From: Octopus sinensis
Lineage: Eukaryota
Assembly (NCBI RefSeq): GCF_006345805.1
Contig: NC_043001.1
Span: forward strand, 19,406,001 to 19,470,000
Length of the DNA: 64,000 bases
Direction: 5' to 3'
Each line of letters opens with the position of its first letter. The first letter of the stretch is position 1. Below, one piece after another: positions 1 through 12,029 of the stretch. The translations under genes and the position numbers were made by a program. The notes below the pieces were generated by a model. It did no database searches, had not been told where the DNA came from, and was given only the letters and a program-made list of their open reading frames with translations.

Positions 1-13
1 ATGTATGTATGTA

Positions 14-46
<33 letters not shown>

Positions 47-170
47 ATGTATGTATGTATGTATGTATGTATGTATGTATATGTATGTATGTGTGTTAAT
101 CTATGTATATATGTATGTATGTATGTATGTATGTGTGTGTGTGTATGTGTGTGTGCGTGTGTGTGTCCAA
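1..170. repeat. (TATG)n/(TG)n microsatellite
   Basis: Direct reading of tandem TATG and TG units. Confidence 0.95.
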
Positions 171-380
171 TAGCGTATTTAGAGATGGCGGTCTTCGTAT
201 CGTAGCCATTTGCTGTTCATTCATAAATGGAGCTCGGCAACCTCTGCAGCCTGGGTGAGTGTTGTAATGCGTAGGTGCATCAGAAATCCACCCTCCGTAG
301 AGATGCTAAGATCACAGGTTCGAATTCAGCAATAGTAAATTGAAATAAAATGAAATGTAATCTTTTGATTTTTTTTTAAG

Positions 381-590
381 TTGTTTTTCAGTCATTGGAC
401 TGTGGCCATACTGGAGCACTACCTTCAAGGGGCGTAGTCGGAGAAATCGACTCCAGTATATATTTTCTTAATTTATCTTTCTATCTCTTTTTTTTCTTTT
501 TTTTTAAAGCCTGGTAATATTATATCGGTGTTTTGCTGAACCGTTAAGTTACGAGGCCGTGAACAAGCCAATATTGACACACACACACAC
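381..590 (-). mobile_element. SINE family C, 3' fragment
   Basis: Reverse complement matches the family C tail (ggtgctccagcatggccacagtc..tgactgaaa) seen in fuller copies at 11541-11932 and 33356-33765. Confidence 0.75.
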
Positions 591-965
591 ACACACACAT
601 ATGCACACACAATACACATATATACCCACACACATGCACACACATACACACATACATACACACACATATACACACACATACACACACATACACACTCACA
701 CATACACACACAGACACACACATACACACACATACACACATCCACACACAAACACACACATACACACACACATGCACACATATACCCACACACATACACA
801 TACATACACACACACATACACACACACATACATACACACACACACATACCACACATACACATACACACAAACATACACATACGCGCACACGCACACACAA
901 AAGCTCACGTACACACACAAATACGCACACATACACAGATGCGCACGCATACATACATATATACG
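578..965. repeat. (CA)n/(CATA)n compound microsatellite
   Basis: Direct reading. Confidence 0.95.
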
Positions 966-1552
966 CAGGGTGTCGACACAGTTTCACTTTACCAAATCCA
1001 TTCACGAAGAATCGTCCCCCGGGGGCCCAAGGTGTTACAAATAAATCATAATAAAATTATAAATTATCTCTAATTATTATTACCGTTGCTGTTTAGTAGT
1101 AAATCGGTTCTGATTGAATAGATATATGATTAATAGCGTTCTGACCATGGCCAGCTCATTTTTTTCTTTCGTGTAAATTGAGGATAGGATTAAGTTATCT
1201 AATATGTCTTTCATTTAATTTTTTTTTTTTTTTTTTGCAATAAGGTGTGTTTTGAGAGAGATATGGCTGCTATCTTTAACAGCTCGAGCGGCCATATCGA
1301 GGACAATCTATTTATAATTTGATTTAATTGAAGATGTGTGCTAGAATATTTCGTATTTTTACAGGTTTAAGCCATTTTGGGAACAAATATGCTTCATATA
1401 CGCGCTCACTCATAGACACACAGACACACAGACACACAGACACACGCGGACACACATACACGCACACACCTACACGAACAACCATACACACACAATAGGC
1501 ACAGACTCATTTACACATACATTTTACATATACGCGCGCACATATATGCATA

Positions 1553-1787
1553 GGTGGCGGCGAGCTGGCAGAAACGTTAGCACGCCGGGCGAAATGCGTA
1601 GCCGTACTTCGCCTGCCGTTACGTTCTGAGTTCAAATTCCGCCGAGGTCGACTTTGCCTTTCATCCTTTCGGGGTCAATAAATTAAGTACCAGCTACGCA
1701 CTGGGGTCGATGTAATCGACTTAATCCGTTTCTCTGTCCTTGTTTGTCCCCTCTGTGTGTAGCCCCTTGTGGGTAGTAAAGAAATAG
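1553..1787 (+). mobile_element. tRNA-derived SINE family A (Meta/MESC-like central domain), full length
   Basis: A-box-like ggcgagctggcag, B-box gagttcaaattcc, central gtcgactttgcctttcatcctttcggggtcgataaattaagtacc, tail gtagtaaagaaatag. More than 15 units in the window. The Meta-domain assignment is from recall. Confidence 0.9.
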
Positions 1788-1796
1788 ATATATGTG

Positions 1797-2084
1797 CAGT
1801 GGCGGACTGGGTCTAAAAATATTGGTTTCCAGGAGACTCGGGGGGCCCACCCGCAACTACAATGCTGTCTTTTTTTTTCTTTCGTTAAAAGTGTTCTATT
1901 CAGATGTCTACAAACACAGCGAGGCTGAAATAATTAATACATTCTTCCAGGAGTGAATAAAAAATTCTCAAACTTGAGGGGATGGGCCCCTCAGATAGTA
2001 ACATGGGCCCCCATGTATGGATTCTAATAGCGCAAGAGCCTATTTACCATCGTACAAGCTGGTTACCTGGCCAGTCCGCAACTG
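1797..2084. mobile_element. hAT-like MITE
   Basis: TIRs cagtggcggactgg / ccagtccgcaactg; flanks tatatgtg / tatacatg (6 of 8 match, 8-bp TSD pattern). A second partial copy lies at 32429-32625. Confidence 0.75.
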
Positions 2085-2271
2085 TATACATGCATAAAAC
2101 TCGTATATTTTTGTATGTCTGATTATCTATATGTCTGTCTATGTATGTAAGTCATTGTTCGGTTTTATTTCAAGACTTCTTGCCAATAGAGAAAGAGCCG
2201 GTTTCTAACCTTGATTCAAGACTCCTTCATTGGAATTTCTACATCAACAGAGTATGTATGCATGTATGGTA

Positions 2272-2400
2272 GTGGTAGTGGTGGTGGTGGTGGTGGTGGT
2301 GGCGGCGGCGGTGGTGGTGGTAGTGGTAGTGGTGGTGGTCGTGGTGGTCGTGGTGGTGATGGTGGTGGTCGTGGTGGTCGTGGTGGTGGTCGTGGTTGTG
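2272..2400. repeat. (GGT)n/(GGC)n trinucleotide tract
   Basis: Direct reading. Confidence 0.9.
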
Positions 2401-2612
2401 TGACATGCGTGGTTAAGGTGGTATCAAAACAAACGACTGTTTTTCAGTCACAAGACTGGCGTAAATGGTTCAGCGCCGAACCAAATGACTCTCAGCTATG
2501 ACTATTACCCTTCTACATTCTGTTTTCGATTCTTTCCAGACCGGTAGTAAATAAGTACAAGTAATAGTACTGGGTCCGATTCACACCAAATATGACACCC
2601 GGCAGCAGCAGC

Positions 2613-2985
2613 GTGGAGGCGCAATGGCCCAGTGGTTAGGGCAGCGGACTCGCGGTCGGAGGATCGCGGTTTCGATTCCCAGACCGGGCGTTGTGTGTGT
2701 TTATTGAGCGAAAACACCTAAAGCTCCACGAGGCTCCGGCAGGGGATGGTGGCGACCCCTGTTGTACTCTTTCGCCCTAACTTTCTCTCACTTTTTCTTC
2801 CTATTTCTTGTCCCCGATTTCCTACGCAACCGCTGAGCCTGGATGCGCATTCATCCATCCGTCGATGCTCTCGGTGTCGGGGGTTGACCTGCTTTCTCTT
2901 CTGCGGGTCTTACGAATAGCAAAGGACCACGTTTCGGACTTCTCCTATCTTGCGAGCTCTGGGACGAAGACCGTTCGCTCAACAA
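2613..2985 (+). mobile_element. tRNA-derived SINE, family B head/body with a different 3' tail
   Basis: First ~190 bp nearly identical to 39068 and 60784-61162 (gtggaggcgcaatggcccagtggttagggcagcggactcgcgg); sequence diverges after ctttctctcac. Confidence 0.8.
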
Positions 2986-3104
2986 CAGCAGCGACAGTAC
3001 CAACAGCAGCATTTCGTTGAATTGCTCTGGATCTTGTTTGGTCCAGATCTTCGGGTGGAGAAGCGGGAGGAGGTAACAAGCAGGATAGCCACCCTCACTC
3101 AAAA

Positions 3105-3260
3105 ACGGGTGAAGAGTAAGCTTTATTTACATTTGACGGATATCTGTCCTCATCTTGTTTGTTGTTAACACAACGTTTCGGCTGATATACTCTCCAGCTT
3201 TCATCAGGTGTCTTAGGGAAATTTCGAACCTGGGTTCTCATTCCTAAGGTATTTTTCGAT
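3105..3260 (-). mobile_element. short PLE-type element with HHR-core-like motif (core 3171-3207)
   Basis: Minus strand reads CTGATGA A AGCTG gagagtatat CAGCC GAAA CGTTG. Confidence 0.5.
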
Positions 3261-3318
3261 GTTGTTGTTGTTGGTGGTGGGGAAACAAACTCAAGCCCAA
3301 AGATACACACGAGTACGA

Positions 3319-3323
<5 letters not shown>

Positions 3324-3364
<41 letters not shown>

Positions 3365-3415
3365 ATATATATATATATATATATACATATGTGCGCGCGA
3401 GAGAGATATGTGTGT

Positions 3416-3465
<50 letters not shown>

Positions 3466-3480
3466 GCGTGCGTGTATGTA
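3324..3480. repeat. (TA)n + (TG)n microsatellite
   Basis: Direct reading. Confidence 0.95.
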
Positions 3481-4248
3481 TATCTTATACATAAATGGCA
3501 ATTTCTATCTGTCGATCAGTTTGTTACCATCTTGCTGCTTATTCCAGTGAACCAATCTTGACGAAACTTTGCGTACACGTTAAACTAACATCCAGTTCAA
3601 TTATAGGCTAATTGGATTTCAATAAAAACCTAGGGTGGAATGAGCTATTATTTGATAAAATGAGAAGGGTGCAAGAACGTTAGTGTGAAGGAAATGTGAT
3701 GGCACAGTGAGTGTGACTGATATCAGAGAAGGGGAGAACAGCGTTGTAGAAGCGACAAATATGGAATGGCAGTGGGATGTTAACGTTAATACAGCTGTCA
3801 TTCAAGGATATACATGCGACGCTGCATACATACTTTCGTAAATACATCGTAAATACATAGATACACGCATACACACACACGTGCGCGCGCGTGCACACAC
3901 ACACACACACATGCACATAAGTAACTTTTAAAACGCCGAGGAAGGGAAAGAAAGGTGGGTGTGAGGAATACGTAGCTTTTAGAAGAAAGTGGGTTGGTGG
4001 CTTTTCTGCTGTTCATCGCAAAGAAACATCCACACACAGACATACATATACATACATATATATATATATACATACATATATATATACACACATACATACG
4101 TACGTACGTACATACATACATACATACATACATACATAGGTCTACTATACACCATTTTAAACTCGTAATCACCTGTGTGTATGTTTGTAAATGTGTGTGT
4201 GTGCGTGTATGTGTGTGTGTATGTGTGTATGTATGTGTGTGTGTTTGT

Positions 4249-4305
<57 letters not shown>

Positions 4306-4883
4306 ACATCCTATAACTGTCTGTCTGTCTACTTTTGTAGGATCTTCCCTGTTGCTGTCACTTAGATTTTAAATTGCGTCAAATTTTTCAAATTTGGTAT
4401 ATTGAAAAAATGTTCCATGTTAAATCCGATTTTGTTATTTATTTGTTCCAGAAAAATTGTAGAAAAATGTTACTGAGGTTTAGAGTATAATCAATTTTAC
4501 CTAATCAGAAAACAGGATTTGGAAGCTGGCATTTTCTGCATGATAGCTGTCTATCAGAAAATGAAAGCAAAATCATTACGAGGAGGAATTTTTATCAAAC
4601 AAACAAAAACAAATCATTACGACGACCAGAGTTGTAAGAACTTCTGAAGTTTTAATAAGTTTTAAAGAATAAAGTCATGCGAAACGGCCGAAGAGGGTAG
4701 ATATATAGACAGAAATCAACCTCTCTGGCTATATATCTACCCTCTTTATAATGTTGGCAAATGAAACAGAGATAAGAGTGTGCACTGTCCATTTGATTGG
4801 AAAATTCTATAAGTGGCTGAAGATTGCTCGACATTTTAAAACTGATGTAATACTTACAGTGTTTAATAAAATGAAGTAGCATG

Positions 4884-5139
<256 letters not shown>

Positions 5140-5142
<3 letters not shown>

Positions 5143-6345
5143 AATAGCAAAAATTGAAAAAAACTACAGAAGGCTTAAAGGTTAAAAATATATATATTTG
5201 CGTCAATATGTCTGAAGAATATTAAAAAATTTTTTCTTACAATGACATAATTTAGAAGTTTAGCTTTTCAAATTTCTTACGACGTTATGGTTATGTTGAA
5301 TAGAGTTATCGTTATGTTTATGTTTAAAAGAGTTCTAAATAAGGGGAGGTAATGAGTGATTTCTTCCGGTGTAAGGGAGATAATCGCTTAATTTTTTTTC
5401 CTTTCCCTTGGTGTGAATTTCTCTGTATCAGTATGTTGGCATGGTTAAGTCTGGGCTTGTACTTTTCAATGAAGAATATTTCCTTGTTTAGTCTAATTTG
5501 TGTTGATGATCCGATAGCATATTGGTAAAATGGAAAGATTAAAAATTGTGGTAGTAGTTGCTTTGCGCATTTCTCAATGTGCTCACTAAAAGGTATCATT
5601 CTGTATTCTGGGAATGCAATCTTTTGTCGATGCAGTGTGCATCTACGTCTGAGTGATAGTCCCGTGGATCCCACGTAGTCTTGGTGGCAGCCCGAGCATT
5701 TTATGACATAAATTATGTTTTAGAGGCACAAGTAAGTTAGATTTGATCTTGAATTTCTGTCCCTCTTAAAGAGGAATTCTGATCCCTCTAGCAGGTTTGG
5801 ACATGGTTGCACAGTTCGATCTACCACATTTTTTACTTTTGCATCCGTAATTTCAGAAAAACAATTTTGCCTTTGTGAGAATCTTTTAAGTGATTTAGGT
5901 TGTTTTGTAGCTTTTAATGATTTGGTGTATGTTTAGAATTTCCTTTAATTTGGGGTCCTTATGAAGTATTGGTAAATTCTGGTGATGATGATGTGAAGGC
6001 TTCTTTGTTTCTGGGGTTGTATGTAGATATGTAAGGTAGTATTTTCGGGGAAGGTGTGTTGTTGTGTTGAACTTTTCTTAAAGTTTCTATGTTGATTTCT
6101 GTTGCACGTCTGATCCCATCCTCTATGAGTTGAGCTGGGTAATGTCTGTCAATTAGGGTGTTTTTGAGTTCTTGCAGTCTAAAGTTCCTGGTATTTTGTT
6201 TGACACTATTGTGCATATCCTTCTTGCAAGGTTGAAGGGGATGTTTGTTTTAGTGTGTCTTGGGTGGCATGAATTAAAAAGAAGGTATTGTTTGGCGTCT
6301 GGGCTTTGTAAAAAAGTCTGTTTCTATTTTAAGGTTAATTTTTGT
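5140..6345 (-). mobile_element. Penelope-like element clade A, 5'-truncated (RT thumb + GIY-YIG + 3' repeat), frameshifted
   Basis: Translation KQYLLFNSCHPRHTKTNIPFNLARRI (PLE RT C-terminus), LQELKNTLIDRHYPAQLIEDGI, and NIIYVIKCSGCHQDYVGSTGLSLRRRCTLHRQ...IFFIEKYKPRLN (GIY-YIG). Confidence 0.9.
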
Positions 6346-6360
6346 ATTGGATCATTACAA

Positions 6361-7520
6361 AGACACATTAAAACAAACATCCCCTTCAACCTTGCAAGAA
6401 GGATAGCACAATAGTTGGCAGAACAAAAATACCAGGAACTTTAGACTGCAAGAACTCAAAAACACCCTAATTGAAGACATACCCAGCTCAACTCATAAAG
6501 ATGGGATCAGACATGCAACAGAAAATCAACATAGAAACTTTAAGAAAAGTTTCAACACAAACAAATACCTTCCCCGAAAATACTACCTTACATATCCTAC
6601 ATACAACCCCAGAAACAAAGAGCCTTCACCATCATCACCCAGAATTTACAATACTTCATAAGGACCCCAAATTAAAGGAAAGTCTACTAAAACATACCAC
6701 CAAATCATTAAAAGCTACAAACAACCTATATCACTTAAAAAGATTCTCACAAAGGCAAATTGGTCTGAAATTACGGATGCAAAAGTAAAAAAATGTTGGT
6801 AGATCGAACTGTGCAACATGTCCAAACCTGCTAGAGGGATCAGAATTCCTCTTTAAAGAGGGACAGAAAATTCAAGATTAAATCTAACTTTACTTGTGCC
6901 TCTGAAAACATAATTTATGTCATAAAATGCTCGGGCTGCCACCAAGACTACGTGGGATCCACGGGAATATCACTCAGACGCAGATGCACACTGCATCGAC
7001 AACAGATTGCATTCCCAGAATCAGATGATACCCTTTTAGTGAGCATATTGAGAAATGCGCAAAGCAACTATCCCACAATTTTAAATCTTTCCTTTTACCA
7101 ATGTGCTATCGGATCATCAACACAAATTAGACTAAACAACGGAAACAATTCTTCATTGAAAAGTACAAGCCCAGACTTACTTAACCATGCCAAAATACTG
7201 ATACAGAGAAATTCACACCAAGAAAAGAAAAAAAAATTTAAGCGCTTATCTCCCTTACAACGGAAGAAATCACTCATACCCTCCCTTATTTAGAACTCTT
7301 TTAAAAGTAAACATAACGATAACTCTATTCAACATAAACATAAACGTCGTAAGAAATTTGAAAAGCTAAACGCGAAAACGGTCTTTCTTATTAAAACTAT
7401 GTCCATTGTAAGAAAAAATTTTTGGATATTCTTCAGACATATTGACGCAATATATTATTTTTTTAACCTTTAAGCCTTCTGTAATTTTTTCACTTTTTGC
7501 TACTTTCTATATATTCAACC
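6361..7520 (+). mobile_element. Penelope-like element clade A, inverted (head-to-head) copy
   Basis: Reverse complement of ~5140-6260 with many single-base indels; ORF 6952-7293 repeats the GIY-YIG C-terminal half. Confidence 0.9.
7350..7390 (+). ncRNA. candidate minimal type I hammerhead ribozyme, U3-A8 core variant
   Basis: TAAGAAA T TTGAAAA GC TAAAC GC GAAA ACG GTC TTTCTTA; stem I TAAGAAA/TTTCTTA. Second copy at 9899-9937. Confidence 0.5.
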
Positions 7521-7859
7521 ACGTGGCTTTCACAAAACCTTAATCTATATCTATATCTACTCTATCTATCTATCTATCTATCTCTCTATATATATATTAT
7601 ATATATATTATATATATATATACTATAGATATATATAGATATATATATATACACAATATATATATAAGTCAGATATGCACGTACGTACTACTGAATAATA
7701 CAACACAGAATGGAAAGAAATTTTTGAAATCAAGATAAAAAATGTAAAAATATGAACCACAGAAAGATTTGAATAACTGAGGAGTACATAGAGTAAGAAG
7801 CTAGCAGACAGTACATACATACAGGACAGACAGACAGATAAATATCTTGCACGCCGATT

Positions 7860-9030
7860 AAAATATTCGACTGGGACCGATCATCGATGAGGGCATGGTT
7901 TCGTTTTTGGTTCGTTTGACGGGGTTTGTTGGAAGTTTGTAACCTTACGGCTTACACAACTTTAGATCTTCTTATAAGAAATTCTCGTCGTAAGTAAAAA
8001 TTCGGTTTATATTTCGATGGTGAATTACCTATCTTCAATAATGCTAATGGACAAACATTAGATTAAAAGACATGGTCAGATCATCAGGTCACTTGGTCTA
8101 AAATTCACCATAGTAACAAACCTTGATGTAGTAAACGCTGACGTCACTCTTAACCTAAATACCAACTTATACAAACCATATAAGGCGTCCAATGCGAGAA
8201 ACACACCTGAATCGGCACAAAATATTCCCACCTCTCTATTGCATTCGAAAACTTGGTCAAAAACAATAGCAGAATATTACATCTGTTAGCAAATAAAGAA
8301 TCTCTTGATAAGGCACCACCAGTTACAACAATGGTACAGAGGCCAGTGACTTTAAGGAAAAAGTTGTCTCCAGCAAAGTAACAACATGCACAGAGTCCAA
8401 AAATGAAAGAAGATGACATTGTCTTGTTCGTCCCTTCTTGCTCAATATAGAGCAAATGCAACTAAATTTTTTTTCGTAATTTAGTAGATAAGCATTTTCC
8501 AGCTATCCATAGGTATAGGTGTTAATTTAACAGATATATTCTAAAGACTTCGCACACCAATCGTGGAAAATATATCGAACAAATCCAGAGTTACAACACC
8601 AGCGGAAGAAAAATGCTTGTGGGTGTACACTAAACTACTGAGCGTAGCTTGAAGCACCAAGGTTGTCATCTATCAACTAGAAGATGAATACTCAAATCAC
8701 AGTTACGAACACGTAATCAAGTAACATATATATATGTATATGGTATATAAAATAAATTATAGAGAGTGGTCACTATATTGCTCACTCTAGCACCAGTTAA
8801 TCAAAAGGTTTCAACCACGAAAAATACATGTTTTCCCTGAAACACGTAGAATGATAGCTCACACGGACGGCAAGTAAAAAATAACAAAAATACAGATTAT
8901 TTGGACAATTGTTGCGCTATTAATGAATTAAATGTAATATTACTTACAAAAAAATCCATTTTAGCTCGTCAGCCAAGACTATTGGAGAAATCCACTCAAT
9001 CACACGCCAGATTTTACCATAACGATAAAT
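7860..9030 (+). mobile_element. Penelope-like element clade B, decayed RT to GIY-YIG
   Basis: Motifs MGSFDG.EVC.L.GL, GLY(F)DG (decayed YRDDG), NGQTLD, LKFTIVTNLDVVNADVTLNLNTNLYKPYK, KHF...HRYR, VVIYQ. GIY-YIG tail is decayed after a (TA)n break at ~8725. Confidence 0.8.
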
Positions 9031-9139
9031 ACGCGTGTGGTTCAATGATTACATCCGACGTTCTAATTCAATGCCCCAACCAACAGCGCCAAAACTTTCA
9101 CGGAAAACAAATACAGCATTAGAAATAATGCAGCATAAT

Positions 9140-10070
9140 GAAAATACTACCTTACAATATCTACATACAACCCCAGAACCAAAGAAGCCTTCACCATCAT
9201 CACCCAAATTTACCAATACTTCATAAGGACCCCAAATTAAAGGAAAGTCTAAACATACACCAAATCATTAAAAGCTAACAAACAACCTATATCACTTAAA
9301 AAGATTCTCACAAAGGCAAAATTGTTTTCTGAAATTACGGATGCAAAAGTAAAAAAATGTGGTAGATCGAACTGTGGCAACATGTCCAAACCTGCTAGAA
9401 GGATCAGATTCCTCTTTAAAAGGGACAGAAATTCAAGATAATCTAACTTTACTTGTGCCTCTGAAAACATAATTTATGTCATAAAATGCCGGGCTGCCAC
9501 CAAGACTACGTGGGATCCACGGGACTCACTCAGACGCAGATGCACACTGCATCGACAACAGATTGCATTCCCAGAATACAGAATGATACCTTTTAGTGAG
9601 CATATTGAGAAATGCGCAAAGCAACTACTACCCACAATTTTAATCTTTCCATTTTACCAAGGTGCTATCGGATCATCACACAAATTAGACTAAACAAGGA
9701 AACATTCTTCATTGAAAAGTACAAGCCCAGACTTAACCATGCCAACATACTGATACAGAGAAATTCACACCAAGGGAAAAGAAAAAAAATTTAAGGATTA
9801 TCTCCCTTACACCGGAAGAACACTCATTACCTCCCCTTATTTAGAACTCTTTTAACATAAACATCACGATAACTCTATTCAACATAAACATAACGTCGTA
9901 AGAAATTTGAAAAGCTAAACGCGAAACCGTCTTTCTTCTAAACTATGTCATTGTAAGAAAAAATTTTTTGATATTCTTCATACATATTGACGCAAATATA
10001 TATTTTTTACCTTTAAGCCTTCTGTAATTTTTTCACTTTTGCTACTTTCTATATATTCAACCACGTGCTT
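9140..10070 (+). mobile_element. PLE-A, tandemly duplicated copy
   Basis: Colinear with ~6590-7520, offset about 2.5 kb; ORF 9612-9794 gives ETFFIEKYKPRLNH. Confidence 0.85.
9899..9937 (+). ncRNA. second copy of the U3-A8 HHR candidate
   Basis: AAGAAA T TTGAAAA GC TAAAC GC GAAA CC GTC TTTCTT. Confidence 0.5.
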
Positions 10071-10087
10071 TCACAAACCAACTTTCT

Positions 10088-10129
<42 letters not shown>

Positions 10130-10384
10130 ATATATATATATTATATATATATATATATAATATATAATATATAATACACATATATATATATAAGTCAGAT
10201 ATGCACGTACGTATCTACTGAATAAAACACAGAATGGAAAGAAATTTTGAAATCAAGATAAAAATGATAAAATATGAACCACAGAATGATTTGCAATAAC
10301 TGAGGAGTACATAGAGTAAAAGAAGCTAGACAGACATACATACAGACAGACAGACAGACAGATAAATATCTTGCACGCGATAAA

Positions 10385-11222
10385 AATATTCGACCTGGAC
10401 CGATCATTCGATGAGGGCATGGGTTCGTTTGACGGTGTGGAAGTTTGTAACCTTAACGGCTTACACACTTTAGATCTTCTTATAAGAAAATTCTCGTCAG
10501 TAAAATTCGGTTTATATTTCGATGGTGAATTACCTATCTTCAATAATGCTAATGGACAAACATTAGATTAAAAGACATGGTCAGATCATCAGGTCACTTG
10601 GTCTAAAATTCACCATAGTAACAAACCTTGATGTAGTAAACGCTGACGTCACTCTTAACCTAAATACCAACTTATACAAACCATATAAGACGTCCAATGC
10701 GAGAAACACACCTGAATCGGCACAAAATATTCCCACCTCTCTATTGCATTCGAAAACTTGGTCAAAAACAATAGCAGAATATTACATCTGTTAGCAAATA
10801 AAGAATCTTTGATAAGGCATCCACCAGTTACAACAATGTACAGAGGCCAGTGACTTTAAGGAAAAAGTTGTCTCCAGCAAAGTAACAACATGCACAGAGT
10901 CCAAAAATGAAAGAAGATGACATTGTCTTGTTCGTCCCTTCTTGCTCAATATAGAGCAAATGCAACTAAATTTTTTTTCGTAATTTAGTAGATAAGCATT
11001 TTCCAGCTATCCATAGGTATAGGTGTTATTTAACAGATATTTCTAAAGACTTCGCACACCAATCGTGGAAAAGATATCGACACAAATCCAGAGTTAAACA
11101 CCAGCGGAAGAAAATGCTTGTGGGTGTACACTAAACTACTGAGCGTAGCTTGAAGCACCAAGGTTGTCATCTATCAACTAGAAGATGAATACTCAAATCA
11201 CAGTTACGAACACGTAATCAAG
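10385..11222 (+). mobile_element. PLE-B, tandemly duplicated copy
   Basis: Colinear with 7860-8722; ORF 10371-10571 gives FDEGMGSFDGVEVCNLNGLHTL...FGLYFDGELPIFNNANGQTLD. Confidence 0.85.
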
Positions 11223-11234
11223 TAAATATATATA

Positions 11235-11282
<48 letters not shown>

Positions 11283-11308
11283 TATATTTTATATATTATA
11301 TATATATA

Positions 11309-11351
<43 letters not shown>

Positions 11352-11356
11352 TATAT

Positions 11357-11530
11357 AGTCAATTCAAACGTGAAAACACACAACGCGAGGACGTGGAACA
11401 AGTATAGTGTTTGGACGCTCAGGAAAGGAAAGAAAGAAGGAGGATTTAACGTTTCGGGCGGAGCTCTTCGTCAGTAACATAGGGAAAGGAAAGATCCAAG
11501 GAAGGGAAGACGGAGGGGAAAAAATCACCA
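11357..11530 (-). mobile_element. ~180 bp repeat with HHR-core-like motif (core 11449-11474)
   Basis: Minus strand CTGACGA A GAGC TCC GCCC GAAA CGTT; paralogue at 28115-28315 (+). Confidence 0.6.
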
Positions 11531-11540
11531 ATGGTACATA

Positions 11541-11932
11541 CTCTTTTACTTGTTTCAGTCATTTGATTGTGGCCATGCTGGAGCACCGCCTTTAGTCGAG
11601 CAAATCGACCCCAAGACTTATTCTTTGTAAGCCTAGTACTTATTCTATCGGTCTCTTTTGCCGAACCGCTAAGTTACGAGGACGTAAACACACCAGCATC
11701 GGTTGTCAAGTGATATTGGGGTGGGGAACACACACAGACACACAAACACACATATAAACATATACATATATACGACGGGCTTCTTTCAGTTTCCGTCTAC
11801 CAAATCCACTCACAAGGCTTTGGTCGGACCGAGGCTATAGTACAAGACACTTTCCAAAGGTGCCATGCAGTAGGACTGCACCCGGAACCATGCGGTCGGT
11901 AAGCAGGCTACTTACCCCACAGCCACTCCTGT
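11541..11932 (-). mobile_element. SINE family C (tRNA head, CORE-like, internal microsatellite, LINE-like tail), full length
   Basis: Head caggagtggctgtggggtaag, B-box ggttccgggtgcagtcc, CORE-like gcacctttggaaagtgtctt, tail ggcggtgctccagcatggcc..tgactgaaacaagtaaaagag. Confidence 0.88.
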
Positions 11933-11938
11933 GCCTAT

Positions 11939-11945
11939 AAAAAAA
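11939..11945 (-). terminator. Pol III terminator (T7) of tRNA-Ile
   Basis: A7 on the plus strand, 10 nt downstream of the discriminator base. Confidence 0.8.
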
Positions 11946-11955
11946 TTACTAAATA

Positions 11956-12029
11956 TGACCAGTATGGGGCTCGAACCCACGACATTCGCGTTATTAGCAC
12001 GACGCTCTAACCAACTGAGCTAACCGGCC
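11956..12029 (-). tRNA. tRNA-Ile-AAT: tRNA-Ile, anticodon AAT, intronless
   Basis: GGCCGGT TA GCTC AGTTGGTTA GAGC G TCGTG CT AAT AA CGCGA ATGTC GTGGG TTCGAGC CCCAT ACTGGTC A; all four stems pair (with G-U), canonical A and B boxes. Confidence 0.95.

Noticed and set aside
2211-2501. Gly-rich ORF
   Set aside because: (GGT)n tract flanked by common repeat sequence.
8074-8092. Minus-strand CTGATGA inside the PLE-B RT (also ~10585, 15735, 20204, 56895)
   Set aside because: Chance heptamers with no stem II-GAAA.
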